Source: an uncultured Candidatus Bathyarchaeia archaeon (GTDB taxonomy: Archaea > Thermoproteota > Bathyarchaeia > Bathyarchaeales > Bathyarchaeaceae). From it: a stretch of 64,000 bases of DNA. The notes below the pieces were generated by a model, which had not been told where the DNA came from, made no database searches, and saw nothing but the letters and a program-made list of their open reading frames with translations. The translations under genes and the position numbers were made by a program. Of this stretch, positions 1 through 9,668 are shown piece after piece; position 1 is the first letter of the stretch; each line of letters opens with the position of its first letter. The stretch lies in contig CAYNQS010000007.1 of the NCBI GenBank assembly GCA_964399485.1, positions 12,662-76,661 of the forward strand, in the 5' to 3' direction.

Positions 1-481
1 GAGCCTGCTCAGGCTGAGCCACATCACAGTAAATGCTGTCCACCCGCCCCACCATCCGCTGATAGGTCTCCGGCAGCCGCGCATCCGCCAGTATAGGCGA
101 CATGTTATAGCGGAAAACGCAAACGTTGTTAACCAGCTCCCTCAGGGAACGCGAAGCAAACTCCACACAGTACACATGACCCCCCTCGCCAACAATGTCG
201 GAGACGTGACTTGCAGTTGTTCCTGAAGCCGCCCCCAGATACAGCACCCTATGGTCCGGACGGATGGGAACAGCGTCTAAACCTTTGAGTATGGCAGCTG
301 CGAACTTGCTTCTGTACGGATCCCACAGCCTATATTCCTCTCCCTTAAACTTGACGAGACGCTCTCCATAAACCGAGGTTCCGGCAGCCAAATTTTTTGT
401 AGCTAACTTCCGGCTTCCATCCTCCACCGTAACCCAGTAAATCTCTGGAAAACGGCGATGAGGCTTAACGTTTACTGCCAC
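1..481 (-). CDS. flpA: Fibrillarin-like 2'-O-methyltransferase of the C/D box sRNP; the N-terminal ~160 aa are in the window and the C-terminus lies beyond the window edge
   Basis: Own minus-strand translation from GTG 479-481: (M)[68 protein letters not shown]. The start overlaps the nop5 stop, as in the conserved archaeal nop5-flpA pair. Confidence 0.85.
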   Translation of the reverse strand, partial: MAVNVKPHRRFPEIYWVTVEDGSRKLATKNLAAGTSVYGERLVKFKGEEYRLWDPYRSKFAAAILKGLDAVPIRPDHRVLYLGAASGTTASHVSDIVGEGGHVYCVEFASRSLRELVNNVCVFRYNMSPILADARLPETYQRMVGRVDSIYCDVAQPEQA

Positions 482-1703
482 GTTTCTTTCTCCGTGGACC
501 CTTTTTGGCTTGGGACTTCATGGGCGACGGAGGCGGAGGCTTCTCATACCTCTTCCTGATCTCCTCAATCCTCTTCTCAAGATCGGCTTTCAATCCGTCT
601 CCAGCAAATTTCCCGCTGAAGGCATCAACCCGAGCGGCTATAGACAGTTTTCCAGCCAACGCACGCGCAATCTTTCCACGCTGCCAACGCTTCGCATCGT
701 GAATAAGGGGATGCTGAAAGATTATTCCATGCTTAGGCGGACGCGCCTTAGTCTTCAGCGACCTAAACAGCGCTTTCTCTGCACCCAAAACCTGAATCGT
801 GCTTGCCGGCAGCTTAGCCAAGTTCAGCAGCCCCCCCGCAAGAGCTAACAGCCGAGCCCCCAAAAGTGAACCGCCTATCGCCTTGGTGTTTGGCGCAACC
901 TCCTCCATAACCGCGTCCACATACTTCTCCAGCGACTGCCGCACACCATAAAGCTCAAGGACGCTTCTGCACATGTCCTGAATCTGTTTTAGGTCTTCCT
1001 CGCCCAAATCGGCGCCCATAGAAGCCGCAGCCACCTTGGCTAATTTTTGGGATTTAGCTTTCGGCAGCCCTTCTTTCTCCAGGTTGTCAGCAGTGAAGTT
1101 TTCTCTTGTTCCCAGGTCGACCACGAGACGAGCATAGGTTTCATGCTTGTCAAGCATCCTATCCAACTCTGGATAGTGAAGCCCAAACCACTCCCGCACC
1201 CGGCTCATAAAAACATTTAACGACTTATCCAAGTCATCGACTGTTTGGACTGCCTGAGCAACCAGCAAATCCCGCCTTTCAACGGTCGTCTTCACCTTCA
1301 TCTTCGCAAGCTCGATTGAAACATTGTGAACCAGCGCACGAAACTGCTCCGGCTTCTCCACAAACCCTAGGTCTAGAGCAAACTTTTCCAAGTTTTCGCG
1401 GAGCCGTTTACCCGCCTCTGAAGACGCCTCTGATGATGCTTCGATGTTCAGTTTTTCCCGAACGTTTCTAGCCATTTCCTGATTCTCAAAAACAAAATGT
1501 GTGTAACCTTTAGCCCGCAGCTTATCAACCAAACTGGAGATTTCCTTGATTACCGTTCCCTTCTCTATCTTCCGGAGCCGTTCCGCAGTTTTCTGCGGGT
1601 TCTTGGGGAAGAACACCTTTTCGGCAAGTTTGTTGTCTTCGCCGAAACCAAAAACTCCGATTACAGATTCTACTATCGTCGCTTTCACAAGTTTCCCATC
1701 CAT
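465..1703 (-). CDS. nop5: Nop5 (Nop56/58) C/D box sRNP core protein
   Basis: 412-aa ORF with a Nop-domain pattern (..[26 protein letters not shown]..) and a Lys/Arg-rich tail. It lies directly upstream of fibrillarin. Confidence 0.9.
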   Translation of the reverse strand: MDGKLVKATIVESVIGVFGFGEDNKLAEKVFFPKNPQKTAERLRKIEKGTVIKEISSLVDKLRAKGYTHFVFENQEMARNVREKLNIEASSEASSEAGKRLRENLEKFALDLGFVEKPEQFRALVHNVSIELAKMKVKTTVERRDLLVAQAVQTVDDLDKSLNVFMSRVREWFGLHYPELDRMLDKHETYARLVVDLGTRENFTADNLEKEGLPKAKSQKLAKVAAASMGADLGEEDLKQIQDMCRSVLELYGVRQSLEKYVDAVMEEVAPNTKAIGGSLLGARLLALAGGLLNLAKLPASTIQVLGAEKALFRSLKTKARPPKHGIIFQHPLIHDAKRWQRGKIARALAGKLSIAARVDAFSGKFAGDGLKADLEKRIEEIRKRYEKPPPPSPMKSQAKKGPRRKKRGSKR

Positions 1704-1782
1704 TATTGACCCATTTTAGAGTACGTGTCCTAACCTTTATCTTGGCAATGGATAACTTTTACTACACAAGAGGGAAACAAAA

Positions 1783-2697
1783 ATGGATGATCGCCTTGCC
1801 ACCGAAATAGTGGGATTGAAACTGGCTAACCCCACCATGCTCGCCTCGGGAATCCTAGGATACACAGGATTATCATTGAAGAGCGTGATAGAGGCAGGAG
1901 CCGGAGCAGTGGTGACAAAATCTTTGGGGCTGGAACCAAGAACAGGCTACCCCAACCCAACCGTTGTCCAAGTCGACTGCGGCTTACTCAACGCCATGGG
2001 GCTACCAAACCCGGGCATCAGCCACTTCAAAGAAGAAATAAAAGAACTGAAAAACACCGGAGCTCCAACCATTATGAGCATTTACGGCTACTCACCAGAA
2101 GAGTTCGCCAAGGTCGCTGAAACCGCAGCTAAAATGGGTGCCGACGCCCTAGAATTGAATGTGTCCTGCCCGCACATCAAAAAAGCGGGAGCAGAGATTG
2201 GATGCAACCCCCAGTTGCTGACTGATGTTGTGAAAGAAGTGAAGAAAAAGGTGGACAAGCCAGTGATTGTGAAATTGACCCCCAACGTCGCAAACATAGG
2301 CGAGATTGCCGAAGCCGCCGAAAAAGCCGGCGCAGACGCAATCACAGCCATAAACACGGTTAAGGCTATGAACATCGAGATTGAAACAGGCAGACCCCTA
2401 TTAGCCAACAAGTTCGGCGGACTGTCAGGACCAGCTATAAAGCCCATCGCAGTAAGATGCGTATACGACGTCTACAAGTCGGTGGATATTCCAGTCATAG
2501 GCTGCGGCGGAATAACAGGTTGGCAGGACGCCATAGAGTTTATGATGGCTGGGGCATCAGCGGTTCAGATAGGAACAGCCATAGCCTTCAAAGGAGTAAA
2601 CGTCTTCAGTTCCGTCACCAAAGGCATCGATAAGTATCTTAAGAGGAAGGGCTTCAAGAACGCGAAAGAACTTGTGGGTCTGGCACACAACTATTAG
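1783..2697 (+). CDS. pyrD: Dihydroorotate dehydrogenase catalytic subunit (class 1B type)
   Basis: 304-aa ORF with NAMGLPNPG, LELNVSCPH (active-site Cys) and GGLSGPAIKP motifs. Confidence 0.9.
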   Translation: MDDRLATEIVGLKLANPTMLASGILGYTGLSLKSVIEAGAGAVVTKSLGLEPRTGYPNPTVVQVDCGLLNAMGLPNPGISHFKEEIKELKNTGAPTIMSIYGYSPEEFAKVAETAAKMGADALELNVSCPHIKKAGAEIGCNPQLLTDVVKEVKKKVDKPVIVKLTPNVANIGEIAEAAEKAGADAITAINTVKAMNIEIETGRPLLANKFGGLSGPAIKPIAVRCVYDVYKSVDIPVIGCGGITGWQDAIEFMMAGASAVQIGTAIAFKGVNVFSSVTKGIDKYLKRKGFKNAKELVGLAHNY

Positions 2698-3335
2698 ATT
2701 TTCAGTTTGGTTTTGATGCCTTTTATGATGTAGTAGATGGGAACTATTGCCATGGGCACATCCAGAATCATGTCTGAGAGGAACCAGCCCCACGTGTCCC
2801 AGATGTAGCTGGAATACATGAAATAGCTCTGAAAAGTGGGAGGTCCCTCCATCGTCCACTGGATTCCTAAGGCTTGAGCGGTCAGCATGATGGTTTGCAG
2901 GTTCCAGAAAACAGCAATGAAAAACATGAAGTACCAGAGGGGATTTGCAGATTCCAGTTTATAGAAAGCAAAGAGTGAGCCATAGGCTAGGGCGTACCAG
3001 AAGGTTTCTGAAAGCGTTAGGAAACCATAAACCCCCTCAGACCGCAGAGCAGTGAAGAAGACAACTGCTGCGATAAAAAAGATCATGAACAAAGAGTAAG
3101 GCGTCCAGAAAGGATGGAGTCTACGCTCCAATTTGTTTTTGAAGGCAATGATTACCCACCCGAACAGTAGGGGGACGTGCATTAGACCATTGGCGAGGTA
3201 GAAAATTGGGGGGCGTTCTGTGTTGTTGAAGAAGAATAATCCGAGGAACCCCATAAAAACGGATAAGGTCATCAGAATTAAAGGAATTCTGCTCCACACA
3301 GAAACAGGCTTAGATGGGACTCGCTGTAATGCCAT
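2694..3335 (-). CDS. Polytopic membrane protein, function unknown
   Basis: 213-aa ORF with several long hydrophobic segments. No recognisable motif. Confidence 0.5.
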   Translation of the reverse strand: MALQRVPSKPVSVWSRIPLILMTLSVFMGFLGLFFFNNTERPPIFYLANGLMHVPLLFGWVIIAFKNKLERRLHPFWTPYSLFMIFFIAAVVFFTALRSEGVYGFLTLSETFWYALAYGSLFAFYKLESANPLWYFMFFIAVFWNLQTIMLTAQALGIQWTMEGPPTFQSYFMYSSYIWDTWGWFLSDMILDVPMAIVPIYYIIKGIKTKLKI

Positions 3336-3572
3336 AACAATAAAATCGTCATTTTAGAGAGAAAACTTTTGTGAATTCAGCATTCATGCACTCAAATAAC
3401 AAGATTGCCGAAAAAGCGGGAAGCTTGCTTGCGTACGCTCAGTATTTGAAGTGTATCAATCTATTAACAATGAAAAGTAGCTGCGTTAAAGGAATATTTC
3501 GATTTTTGGAATAATGCCGCAGTCTGAACATTGCTTTTTATCTTCTTGGTTTATGATAGCTTGGTTCTTCAC

Positions 3573-4265
3573 ATGATTGAACATAGTGGCATTGCGGACA
3601 CTCTGGTTATCATCGCCACATTAAATGAAGAAGCTGGTTTAGGCCCAACTTTAACAGACATCAAAAGCTCGTTAGAGAATCCCCGTTGCTTGGTGGTTGA
3701 TGGCCGAAGCACGGATCGCACAGTTGAAGTTGCCAGGGAATTCGGAGCTCATACTCTCTTTCAGAAAGGAATGGGGAAGGGTGATGCAATAGCGACTGCA
3801 TTGGGACATATTAACTGGCTGAAAGTGAAGTATGTGGTGTTAATTGACGCTGATTACACCTACCCAGCCAAATACCTATCAACGATGATTAAAATTCTTG
3901 AAGAAAATCCGGAGATTGGTATGGTTTGCGGAAACAGATTCACCAACGGATTAAAATTTGAAGCAATGCCTAACGTATTCAATATAGGAAACAGGCTCCT
4001 ATCCTTTACCCACAGTCTCTTGAATGGTGTTGATTTGGATGACCCACTTACTGGATTGAGGGTAATTCGCAAAGAAATTGTGCACAATTGGCACCCAAAA
4101 TCTAAGGGTTTCGATATCGAAGTTGAACTTAATCACCTAGTGGAAACTAAAGGATACCACATAGTCGAGATTCCAATCAATTACAGAGCAAGGCTCGGAG
4201 AAAAAAAATTAGCACCCAAACATGGTCTCACCATTTTCAAGAGGATACTGACAGAGAGCATCTAG
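3573..4265 (+). CDS. Family 2 glycosyltransferase (dolichyl-phosphate sugar synthase-like)
   Basis: VIIATLNEE..VVDGRSTDRT..LIDADYTYP (DxD) pattern. ATG at 3573 is preferred over the upstream TTG at 3531 in the ORF track. Confidence 0.75.
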   Translation: MIEHSGIADTLVIIATLNEEAGLGPTLTDIKSSLENPRCLVVDGRSTDRTVEVAREFGAHTLFQKGMGKGDAIATALGHINWLKVKYVVLIDADYTYPAKYLSTMIKILEENPEIGMVCGNRFTNGLKFEAMPNVFNIGNRLLSFTHSLLNGVDLDDPLTGLRVIRKEIVHNWHPKSKGFDIEVELNHLVETKGYHIVEIPINYRARLGEKKLAPKHGLTIFKRILTESI

Positions 4266-4519
4266 AGCCCTGTTTACTGATTCGTCCTGTACGCGTTTAC
4301 AGACTTGGCAAGCTTCATTCTCGATTCAAAGAAAATGATTCAGCCTAGTCAGCAAGAAGATTGAACTAAAAAGCCGCCTTGAGGTACGTGCCATGATATA
4401 TTTAATATGCATCAACTCGTTAAGAGAATACACGCCAAAAAGGAAGGATACGAACAAAATTGCAGTCTCATTCACGAAAACGTTCCCCAGTGCCTCCGGC
4501 TTTCAACTCTGTTAATCGC

Positions 4520-5317
4520 ATGAGAATCATAGAAATCGTGGAGACAAAAAGAGAGACCCCCACCGTTAAAACGTTCACTTTTGTGGATAAACTGTGCGGA
4601 AAGGCTGAGCCGGGTCAGTTTGTTATGGTTTGGATACCCGGAATTGACGAGATTCCCATGAGCCTTTCAGCAATAAACCCGGAGGGGCTCACATCGATAA
4701 CAGTAAATGGTGTTGGAGAAGCCAGCAGGGCACTCAACAAAAAAGAAAAGGGCGACCAGATTGGGGTACGGGGACCATTCGGTAACGGCTTCGTTCCAAC
4801 AGGAGGAAACGTGATGGTGGTTGGAGGCGGAACCGGGTTGGCGCCACTGATGCCCTTGATTGAAAAACTTGTGAAAATCGCCGACAAAATAACCCTGATG
4901 AGTGGCGCTAAATGCCAAGAAAATCTCCTATTTCTTGACCGCGTAGACAGAATTCTTTCGGAACTGGATTCAGAAACTATCTTCACCACAGAGGATGGAA
5001 GCTACGGAATAGAATGCGTGGTCACTGATCAGGTAGAACAGAACTTGAAAAAGGAAAAGTTCGACATGATTTACACCTGTGGTCCAGAACAAATGATGTA
5101 CAAAATGTTCCTTCTGGCAGAACAACATACCGTTCCTCTTCAAGCTAGTCTGGAGCGGATAATGCGCTGCGCCATCGGATTGTGCGGCAGCTGCCAAATC
5201 GGCAAACTGAGAGTCTGCAAAGAAGGACCCGTTCTAACCTCTGAGCAACTGAGAAGCGTCAAAGAGGAGTTCGGAAAATTTCAGCTAGACTTCACAGGAA
5301 AAAGGATCAAACTGTAA
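4520..5317 (+). CDS. pyrK: Dihydroorotate dehydrogenase electron-transfer subunit (FAD/2Fe-2S)
   Basis: Begins MRIIEIVETKRETPTVKTFTF. C-terminal CAIGLCGSCQIGKLRVCKEGP cluster motif. ATG 4520 is preferred over TTG 4460. Confidence 0.8.
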   Translation: MRIIEIVETKRETPTVKTFTFVDKLCGKAEPGQFVMVWIPGIDEIPMSLSAINPEGLTSITVNGVGEASRALNKKEKGDQIGVRGPFGNGFVPTGGNVMVVGGGTGLAPLMPLIEKLVKIADKITLMSGAKCQENLLFLDRVDRILSELDSETIFTTEDGSYGIECVVTDQVEQNLKKEKFDMIYTCGPEQMMYKMFLLAEQHTVPLQASLERIMRCAIGLCGSCQIGKLRVCKEGPVLTSEQLRSVKEEFGKFQLDFTGKRIKL

Positions 5318-5343
5318 GCAATCATCATGCAGGAAAGTTGCGG

Positions 5344-5952
5344 ATGGTTTACCCAAAAAAGGTCTATTTCGGAGACCACGTTTTCCTTGTTGATGAGCAC
5401 GTTTACGAGCCTGCTGAGGACACTTTTCTGATTGCTGAAAATATGAGGGTTGAAGAAGATGATACGGTTTTGGATATGGGAACTGGATGCGGCATTTTAG
5501 CTGTGTTGGCAGCTGAAAAAGCAAAAAGTGTCTTGGCTGTCGACTTAAACCCATACGCTATTCAATGCGCCGTCAAAAACGCGGAAAACAACGGCGTTAA
5601 GGAGAAGATAGAGTTTCGGCATGGAGACCTGTTTCAGCCCATCAAACAGAACGAGCACTTCAGCCTGATACTTTTCAACGCGCCGTACCTGCCTTCTGAG
5701 CCAGATGAAGAAAAAAGTTGGATAGGAAAAGCTTGGGCTGGAGGACCAAACGGAAGAAAAATCATTGAACGATTCGTAGTGGATGCTCCCGAATTTTTGG
5801 CTGAGGGAGGCAGAATTCAGGTTGTTCAATCTTCACTCTCTGACGTAAACAGGACAATAAAGATGTTCGGTGAATTGGATTTGAGGACGACGGTTGTTGC
5901 TCAAGTTAAGGTTGCCTTCGAGAGCATAGTTTTGGTTGAAGCAAAACGCTAG
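5344..5952 (+). CDS. HemK/PrmC-related SAM-dependent methyltransferase
   Basis: VLDMGTGCGILAV SAM-binding loop and FNAPYLP (NPPY-like) motif. ATG 5344 follows an AGGAAAG sequence. Confidence 0.75.
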   Translation: MVYPKKVYFGDHVFLVDEHVYEPAEDTFLIAENMRVEEDDTVLDMGTGCGILAVLAAEKAKSVLAVDLNPYAIQCAVKNAENNGVKEKIEFRHGDLFQPIKQNEHFSLILFNAPYLPSEPDEEKSWIGKAWAGGPNGRKIIERFVVDAPEFLAEGGRIQVVQSSLSDVNRTIKMFGELDLRTTVVAQVKVAFESIVLVEAKR

Positions 5953-5968
5953 ATGTTTTGACTGAGAA

Positions 5969-6154
5969 TTAGCCTTCAAACTCGCTACTTTTCGCTAGAG
6001 AAGAAAGCGCCACAACCCCAGTAAACCAAACAATAAACGCGGAATACCACACTGGGAAAGCCGATTCATAATTGCAGATAAGATTATGGTATACGGAAAC
6101 AAGAAACAGGGATATCCAGCAACCTACAGTCCAAAACAGCTTTACATGCTTCAT
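5969..6154 (-). CDS. Possible small two-TM membrane protein
   Basis: 61-aa hydrophobic ORF in an otherwise empty gap. No other support. Confidence 0.25.
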   Translation of the reverse strand: MKHVKLFWTVGCWISLFLVSVYHNLICNYESAFPVWYSAFIVWFTGVVALSSLAKSSEFEG

Positions 6155-6261
6155 AACCTCTACAAAGCCTTCGTATCCGTAAAAGAGTTAGGAATTACAA
6201 ATACAATTCAAAACTATTGACCCAGCGTTAAGCTTCTGAAGATAGAAAATTTTGTTGCAAC

Positions 6262-6750
6262 CTATTTTTTTGGTTCTGGTTGTCTTTCAAACAGCCATGT
6301 TCTAAAGTGGAACATAATCATGTCTTTTGTGCAGGCGTTAGATGCAAGGTACTCTTTGAAGGATAATCCCTTTTCTTGGAGAAACTCTCGGAAAAGTGCC
6401 TCTTCGTCAACATTGGCGACAGAAAAACGGTCTTTAAAACCGTATTGCACCCTGAAACTTTGTGGACCCGATGGTTCAGTTGCCTTCACCTCCACATTAA
6501 AGTCTCCGCTAATGTCATCTAGCTCGTGGATGAAGTCTTCAAAGTAGTCGTTTAAGCCGCAACTCTGGCAGAATGGCCCCTTAAACTCGATGATGAAGCC
6601 GTCTTTTTTTATTCCAACAAGCTTTGCTGTTGCTTCAGGGCTTCGATATCTGTTGTAAACTTTTATGGCTCTTAAAACCAGATCATTCAAGTGAGCGCCC
6701 ACTGTGTCCTTCATCGAGGTTCCCCTGTAACCTCCAAAACTTTTCCACAT
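6262..6750 (-). CDS. Hypothetical protein
   Basis: 162-aa ORF filling the gap. It contains a CQSCG pair; no family recognised. Confidence 0.5.
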   Translation of the reverse strand: MWKSFGGYRGTSMKDTVGAHLNDLVLRAIKVYNRYRSPEATAKLVGIKKDGFIIEFKGPFCQSCGLNDYFEDFIHELDDISGDFNVEVKATEPSGPQSFRVQYGFKDRFSVANVDEEALFREFLQEKGLSFKEYLASNACTKDMIMFHFRTWLFERQPEPKK

Positions 6751-6814
6751 ATTTCAACTTTTCCAGTCTTCACAATTGTTTGTGCGCATCAGTCTGTTAC
6801 CAAAAGAAACACTG

Positions 6815-7063
6815 TTAAATCGCCTTAAATCTAACTCTTCGTTTTTCATCAGTTCGTTTAGCCAAATCCATGGATTCAAGCTGGCACAACCGCATGTGAA
6901 CGTATGCCCTTGTATATCCCAGCTTTTTGGCTATCTCTTTTGGTGTTGCAGGTTTTCCATAAGAGTGCAGGGTTATGTAAATCTTTTTTAGCGGATCATT
7001 TAGTTTAACTGCGGTCTCCAAAACCTTTCTAGGCAGTTTCTCAACGTTTACATTGAGTGCCAT
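6815..7063 (-). CDS. Small winged-helix DNA-binding protein
   Basis: 82 aa; ..ATPKEIAKKLGYTRAYVHMRLCQLESMDLAKR.. is an HTH-plus-wing pattern. Confidence 0.55.
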   Translation of the reverse strand: MALNVNVEKLPRKVLETAVKLNDPLKKIYITLHSYGKPATPKEIAKKLGYTRAYVHMRLCQLESMDLAKRTDEKRRVRFKAI

Positions 7064-7337
7064 TTTGAATCACTAGAATTATTGTGGCCAATGCTGTTGC
7101 GGGTTTGTTTGCTGCTCATTCTTTTTTCCTGTTTTCATTCGTCTTTGGATAGTATTGTAGCGGGAAGCTAAAAGATTTTCCGTGTACGGTACTTTGACGG
7201 TAAATGGTTTATTTTCTTTGCTTGTTCTGGAAACGCGACTGAGAAAGCAAAACATTACAAAATAACAGGCGGAAACTTTTAGGTATAATTTTTTTAAGAG
7301 AGAACAGAGAGTTGTTTGTTAGCCTTGAGGGATACGA

Positions 7338-7601
7338 TTGTCCTACTACGTTTACATTCTTCGCTGTAAGGACGGCAGCTACTACACTGGACACGCAAAA
7401 GACGTGGAAAAACGATTTGAAATGCACAAGAAAGGGCGAGGCGCAAAATACACCCGAATGCATGAACCTGAAAAAGTGGTTTATCTCGAAGAGTTTGAGA
7501 GCCGGGGCGAGGCAATGAGACGAGAACGGCGAATCAAAACGCTCAGCCACAACAAAAAACAGCAACTGATAGACAACAATAACAAATCAGCTGCCTGTTA
7601 A
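7338..7601 (+). CDS. GIY-YIG domain protein (UPF0213-like small nuclease)
   Basis: (M)SYYVYILRCKDGSYYTGHAKDVEKRFEMHKKGRGAKYT..GEAMRRERRIK. TTG start. Confidence 0.8.
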   Translation: MSYYVYILRCKDGSYYTGHAKDVEKRFEMHKKGRGAKYTRMHEPEKVVYLEEFESRGEAMRRERRIKTLSHNKKQQLIDNNNKSAAC

Positions 7602-7639
7602 CCAACGCAGTATAACGGGTAAGTCGTTAAAACGCTCAG

Positions 7640-8431
7640 ATGGGAAAAAATAAAAGCGGAGAAGCTGTGAGGGCTACGAGAACCATGGTCCTATATGTGG
7701 TGTATAGAGCTCCCGTAGAATCTAAGAGTAGAAGTACTCTTCCCCATCGTTTAAAGGCACTTGGCTGTCAACAGTTGCATAGAGCATTCTGGAAAATCGA
7801 TGAAAAGAAAGCCCACAGAGTCCTAAAAGTGCTGGAGAACAATCAGCCCATACTTCTGAAGCGGCTAAGGAAGATCAAGAACCCACAGTTGGCTAGAAAA
7901 AAGGAATTCACAGGGTTCGGAAGCCTAGTACTGGTGATGTTTAAGCTTCCCAAAGAAGCAAACAGGGAGAAAGTGAAAAATTTTCTTAGAAGGGCACCCT
8001 GCATACGTTTACGCCGTTCTGTTTACGCCTTTTGCCAGAAACATCGCTTTTATGACAAAGAACAGAAACTTGTTGACGCTTTGAAATTCGTTAACTTCAT
8101 CAGAGCACTTCGAGGAGACGTTAAAATTATTTCGCGAGTAGTAATCGTAAACAGGGAATCTGCTCGAAGACTTCTGCAAGAAACTAGAGAACATGTTGAA
8201 AAAGAGGTCGTTAAGATTGTTGGATCCTGCAAAGAGCTTTACATGAAAGCCCGCAATGGAGACGATTTAGGGCTGTTACGTGACCGTTTTTCCAGAATCA
8301 GAAGGAGATTCTCAACTCTAAAGAAGGTCGCCGCCTTTTATGAAGGATGGCTTAAAATAGACTTTTCAAAAAAAGTAATGAGAGCCTATCACGCTCTAAG
8401 AAAGGTTAACTCCGTTATTCAACAGAAATAA
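7640..8431 (+). CDS. Hypothetical protein; two segments show a Cas2-like beta-alpha-beta pattern followed by a basic helical C-terminus
   Basis: MVLYVVYRAP..LPHRLKALGCQQLHRAFWKID and LVLVMFKLPKEANREKVKNFLRRAPCIRLRRSVYAF resemble the Cas2/VapD-type ferredoxin-fold pattern. This is a pattern-level resemblance only. Confidence 0.5.
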   Translation: MGKNKSGEAVRATRTMVLYVVYRAPVESKSRSTLPHRLKALGCQQLHRAFWKIDEKKAHRVLKVLENNQPILLKRLRKIKNPQLARKKEFTGFGSLVLVMFKLPKEANREKVKNFLRRAPCIRLRRSVYAFCQKHRFYDKEQKLVDALKFVNFIRALRGDVKIISRVVIVNRESARRLLQETREHVEKEVVKIVGSCKELYMKARNGDDLGLLRDRFSRIRRRFSTLKKVAAFYEGWLKIDFSKKVMRAYHALRKVNSVIQQK

Positions 8432-8572
8432 AGATGAAGCATAATCACGTGCTCATCAAACCATTTTGGTAATAATTAAATGCAATGATGACCATATTAT
8501 ATATGGGATCTTCAAAAACGTCGGGAATACCTACGTCTTTTGGCTTCCCGCGGAATCAGTTGCCTGTGCAGG

Positions 8573-9097
8573 ATGAAAATGAGCAAGCTGTCAAGTAAAA
8601 TTAGAGTGGTTTCAGACCCTAAAAAAGTTGAGAGTTGCCCAGAAAAGGGTCTACATTTTTACAGAAGTTATGCGTCAGTAGTTTCTGAGACTCTACGGAA
8701 ACCGATATTCCAGAGATTCCTCGACTGGGTAATCAAGAGGGAAGAAATTGAGAAAAACGCTGTAAAGGATATTCAGGTCAGGGTTTTCCCGTTTCAAAAA
8801 GAAAATGGTAAGTCTGTTGCCGGAAGATGCAATAATGAGGGCGTAATCCTGATTTTTCCCAAAAAGCGGAGTTTTCTCCAGAAAAAGATGCAGGATCACA
8901 AAAAAGGGAAAGTTCGTTTTTACCTCAAAAGCAGAGCTATGGCAGCTTTGATACATGAGCTTCTCCACGTGAAATATGATAGTAATGAAAGCAAAGTGAG
9001 GAAGCTTACAAAGAAATATTTCAGCATCTTTATTCGCCACCAAAACATGAACACTCAGAAGGCGCAGAACATCCAAAAAATATTATTTGCCGCTTAG
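8573..9097 (+). CDS. Hypothetical protein with an HExxH zinc-metallopeptidase motif
   Basis: ..AALIHELLHVKYD.. motif. ATG 8573 is preferred over TTG 8540. Confidence 0.5.
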   Translation: MKMSKLSSKIRVVSDPKKVESCPEKGLHFYRSYASVVSETLRKPIFQRFLDWVIKREEIEKNAVKDIQVRVFPFQKENGKSVAGRCNNEGVILIFPKKRSFLQKKMQDHKKGKVRFYLKSRAMAALIHELLHVKYDSNESKVRKLTKKYFSIFIRHQNMNTQKAQNIQKILFAA

Positions 9098-9409
9098 GTT
9101 GCATTTGCATTCATTATTCCCTAAACAGCTTATTATTGAGCAAACAAAAGCAACTGATTATCTGAATCCATCCTAAATTCAAAAGTAATTCGGTCAATAC
9201 GCCAAAATTGGCCGTCTAAACACAAATAAAGGAACAAAAACAGTTTATTCAATTTTAAAACGTTGAATATGCGGTTTTTTGATATAATATCCTAAAATTG
9301 CCGTTTATATCCTAAAAAAATCTGTTTTTGCTCCGTTTTTCAGTTGCGTAAATCTTATTTGATTTTTGTGGTGTCGCTCTTTCAAGGGGACCTCGGTGGG
9401 AGGTGAAAA

Positions 9410-9478
9410 ATGATGGTGTTTGAAGAAGAAGACTGGGAAGACTGGGACGAAGACGAAGAAGAAGAGGAAGACTGGTAA
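9410..9478 (+). CDS. Micro-ORF encoding a 22-aa hyper-acidic Trp-containing peptide (MMVFEEEDWEDWDEDEEEEEDW)
   Basis: Own reading. GGGAGGTGA Shine-Dalgarno lies 4-7 nt upstream of the tandem ATGs. The peptide is below the ORF-track length cut-off. Confidence 0.3.
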   Translation: MMVFEEEDWEDWDEDEEEEEDW

Positions 9479-9523
9479 ATATTCCACAACGCGCAAGCCA
9501 TTCCTGAAAGGGAGGTGAGCCGG

Positions 9524-9571
9524 ATGCCCAAGAAGGGAAAGAAAGGAAAGAAAAAGAGTAAAGGATCATAG
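9524..9571 (+). CDS. Micro-ORF encoding a 15-aa hyper-basic peptide (MPKKGKKGKKKSKGS)
   Basis: Own reading. The identical GGGAGGTGA Shine-Dalgarno lies 6 nt upstream of the ATG, 45 nt after the acidic micro-ORF. Confidence 0.3.
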   Translation: MPKKGKKGKKKSKGS

Positions 9572-9668
9572 AAGGCGTAAACTAACATAAACGGATTTTT
9601 TAATCATATTTTTTTACATTAGACTCCGCCTTAAAGAGGCGACATAAAAAGAAAAAGAGAGAATGCAC

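Noticed and set aside
505-848. Plus-strand ORFs of 65 and 112 aa inside nop5
   Set aside because: They are antisense to a strongly supported 412-aa Nop5 gene and their translations are low-complexity Arg/Ser/Pro. The same reasoning applies to most short antisense ORFs in the track.
7640-8431. Calling this a bona fide Cas2 or evidence for a CRISPR-Cas locus
   Set aside because: The resemblance is only at the secondary-structure pattern level. No cas1, other cas genes or repeats are present in the 64 kb.
9305-9588. Three overlapping minus-strand ORFs (63-85 aa) with poly-Ser/Leu/Phe runs
   Set aside because: They are the reverse-complement image of the GAA/GAC/AAG codon runs of the two plus-strand micro-ORFs. 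None has an RBS, whereas the plus-strand ORFs have strong ones.
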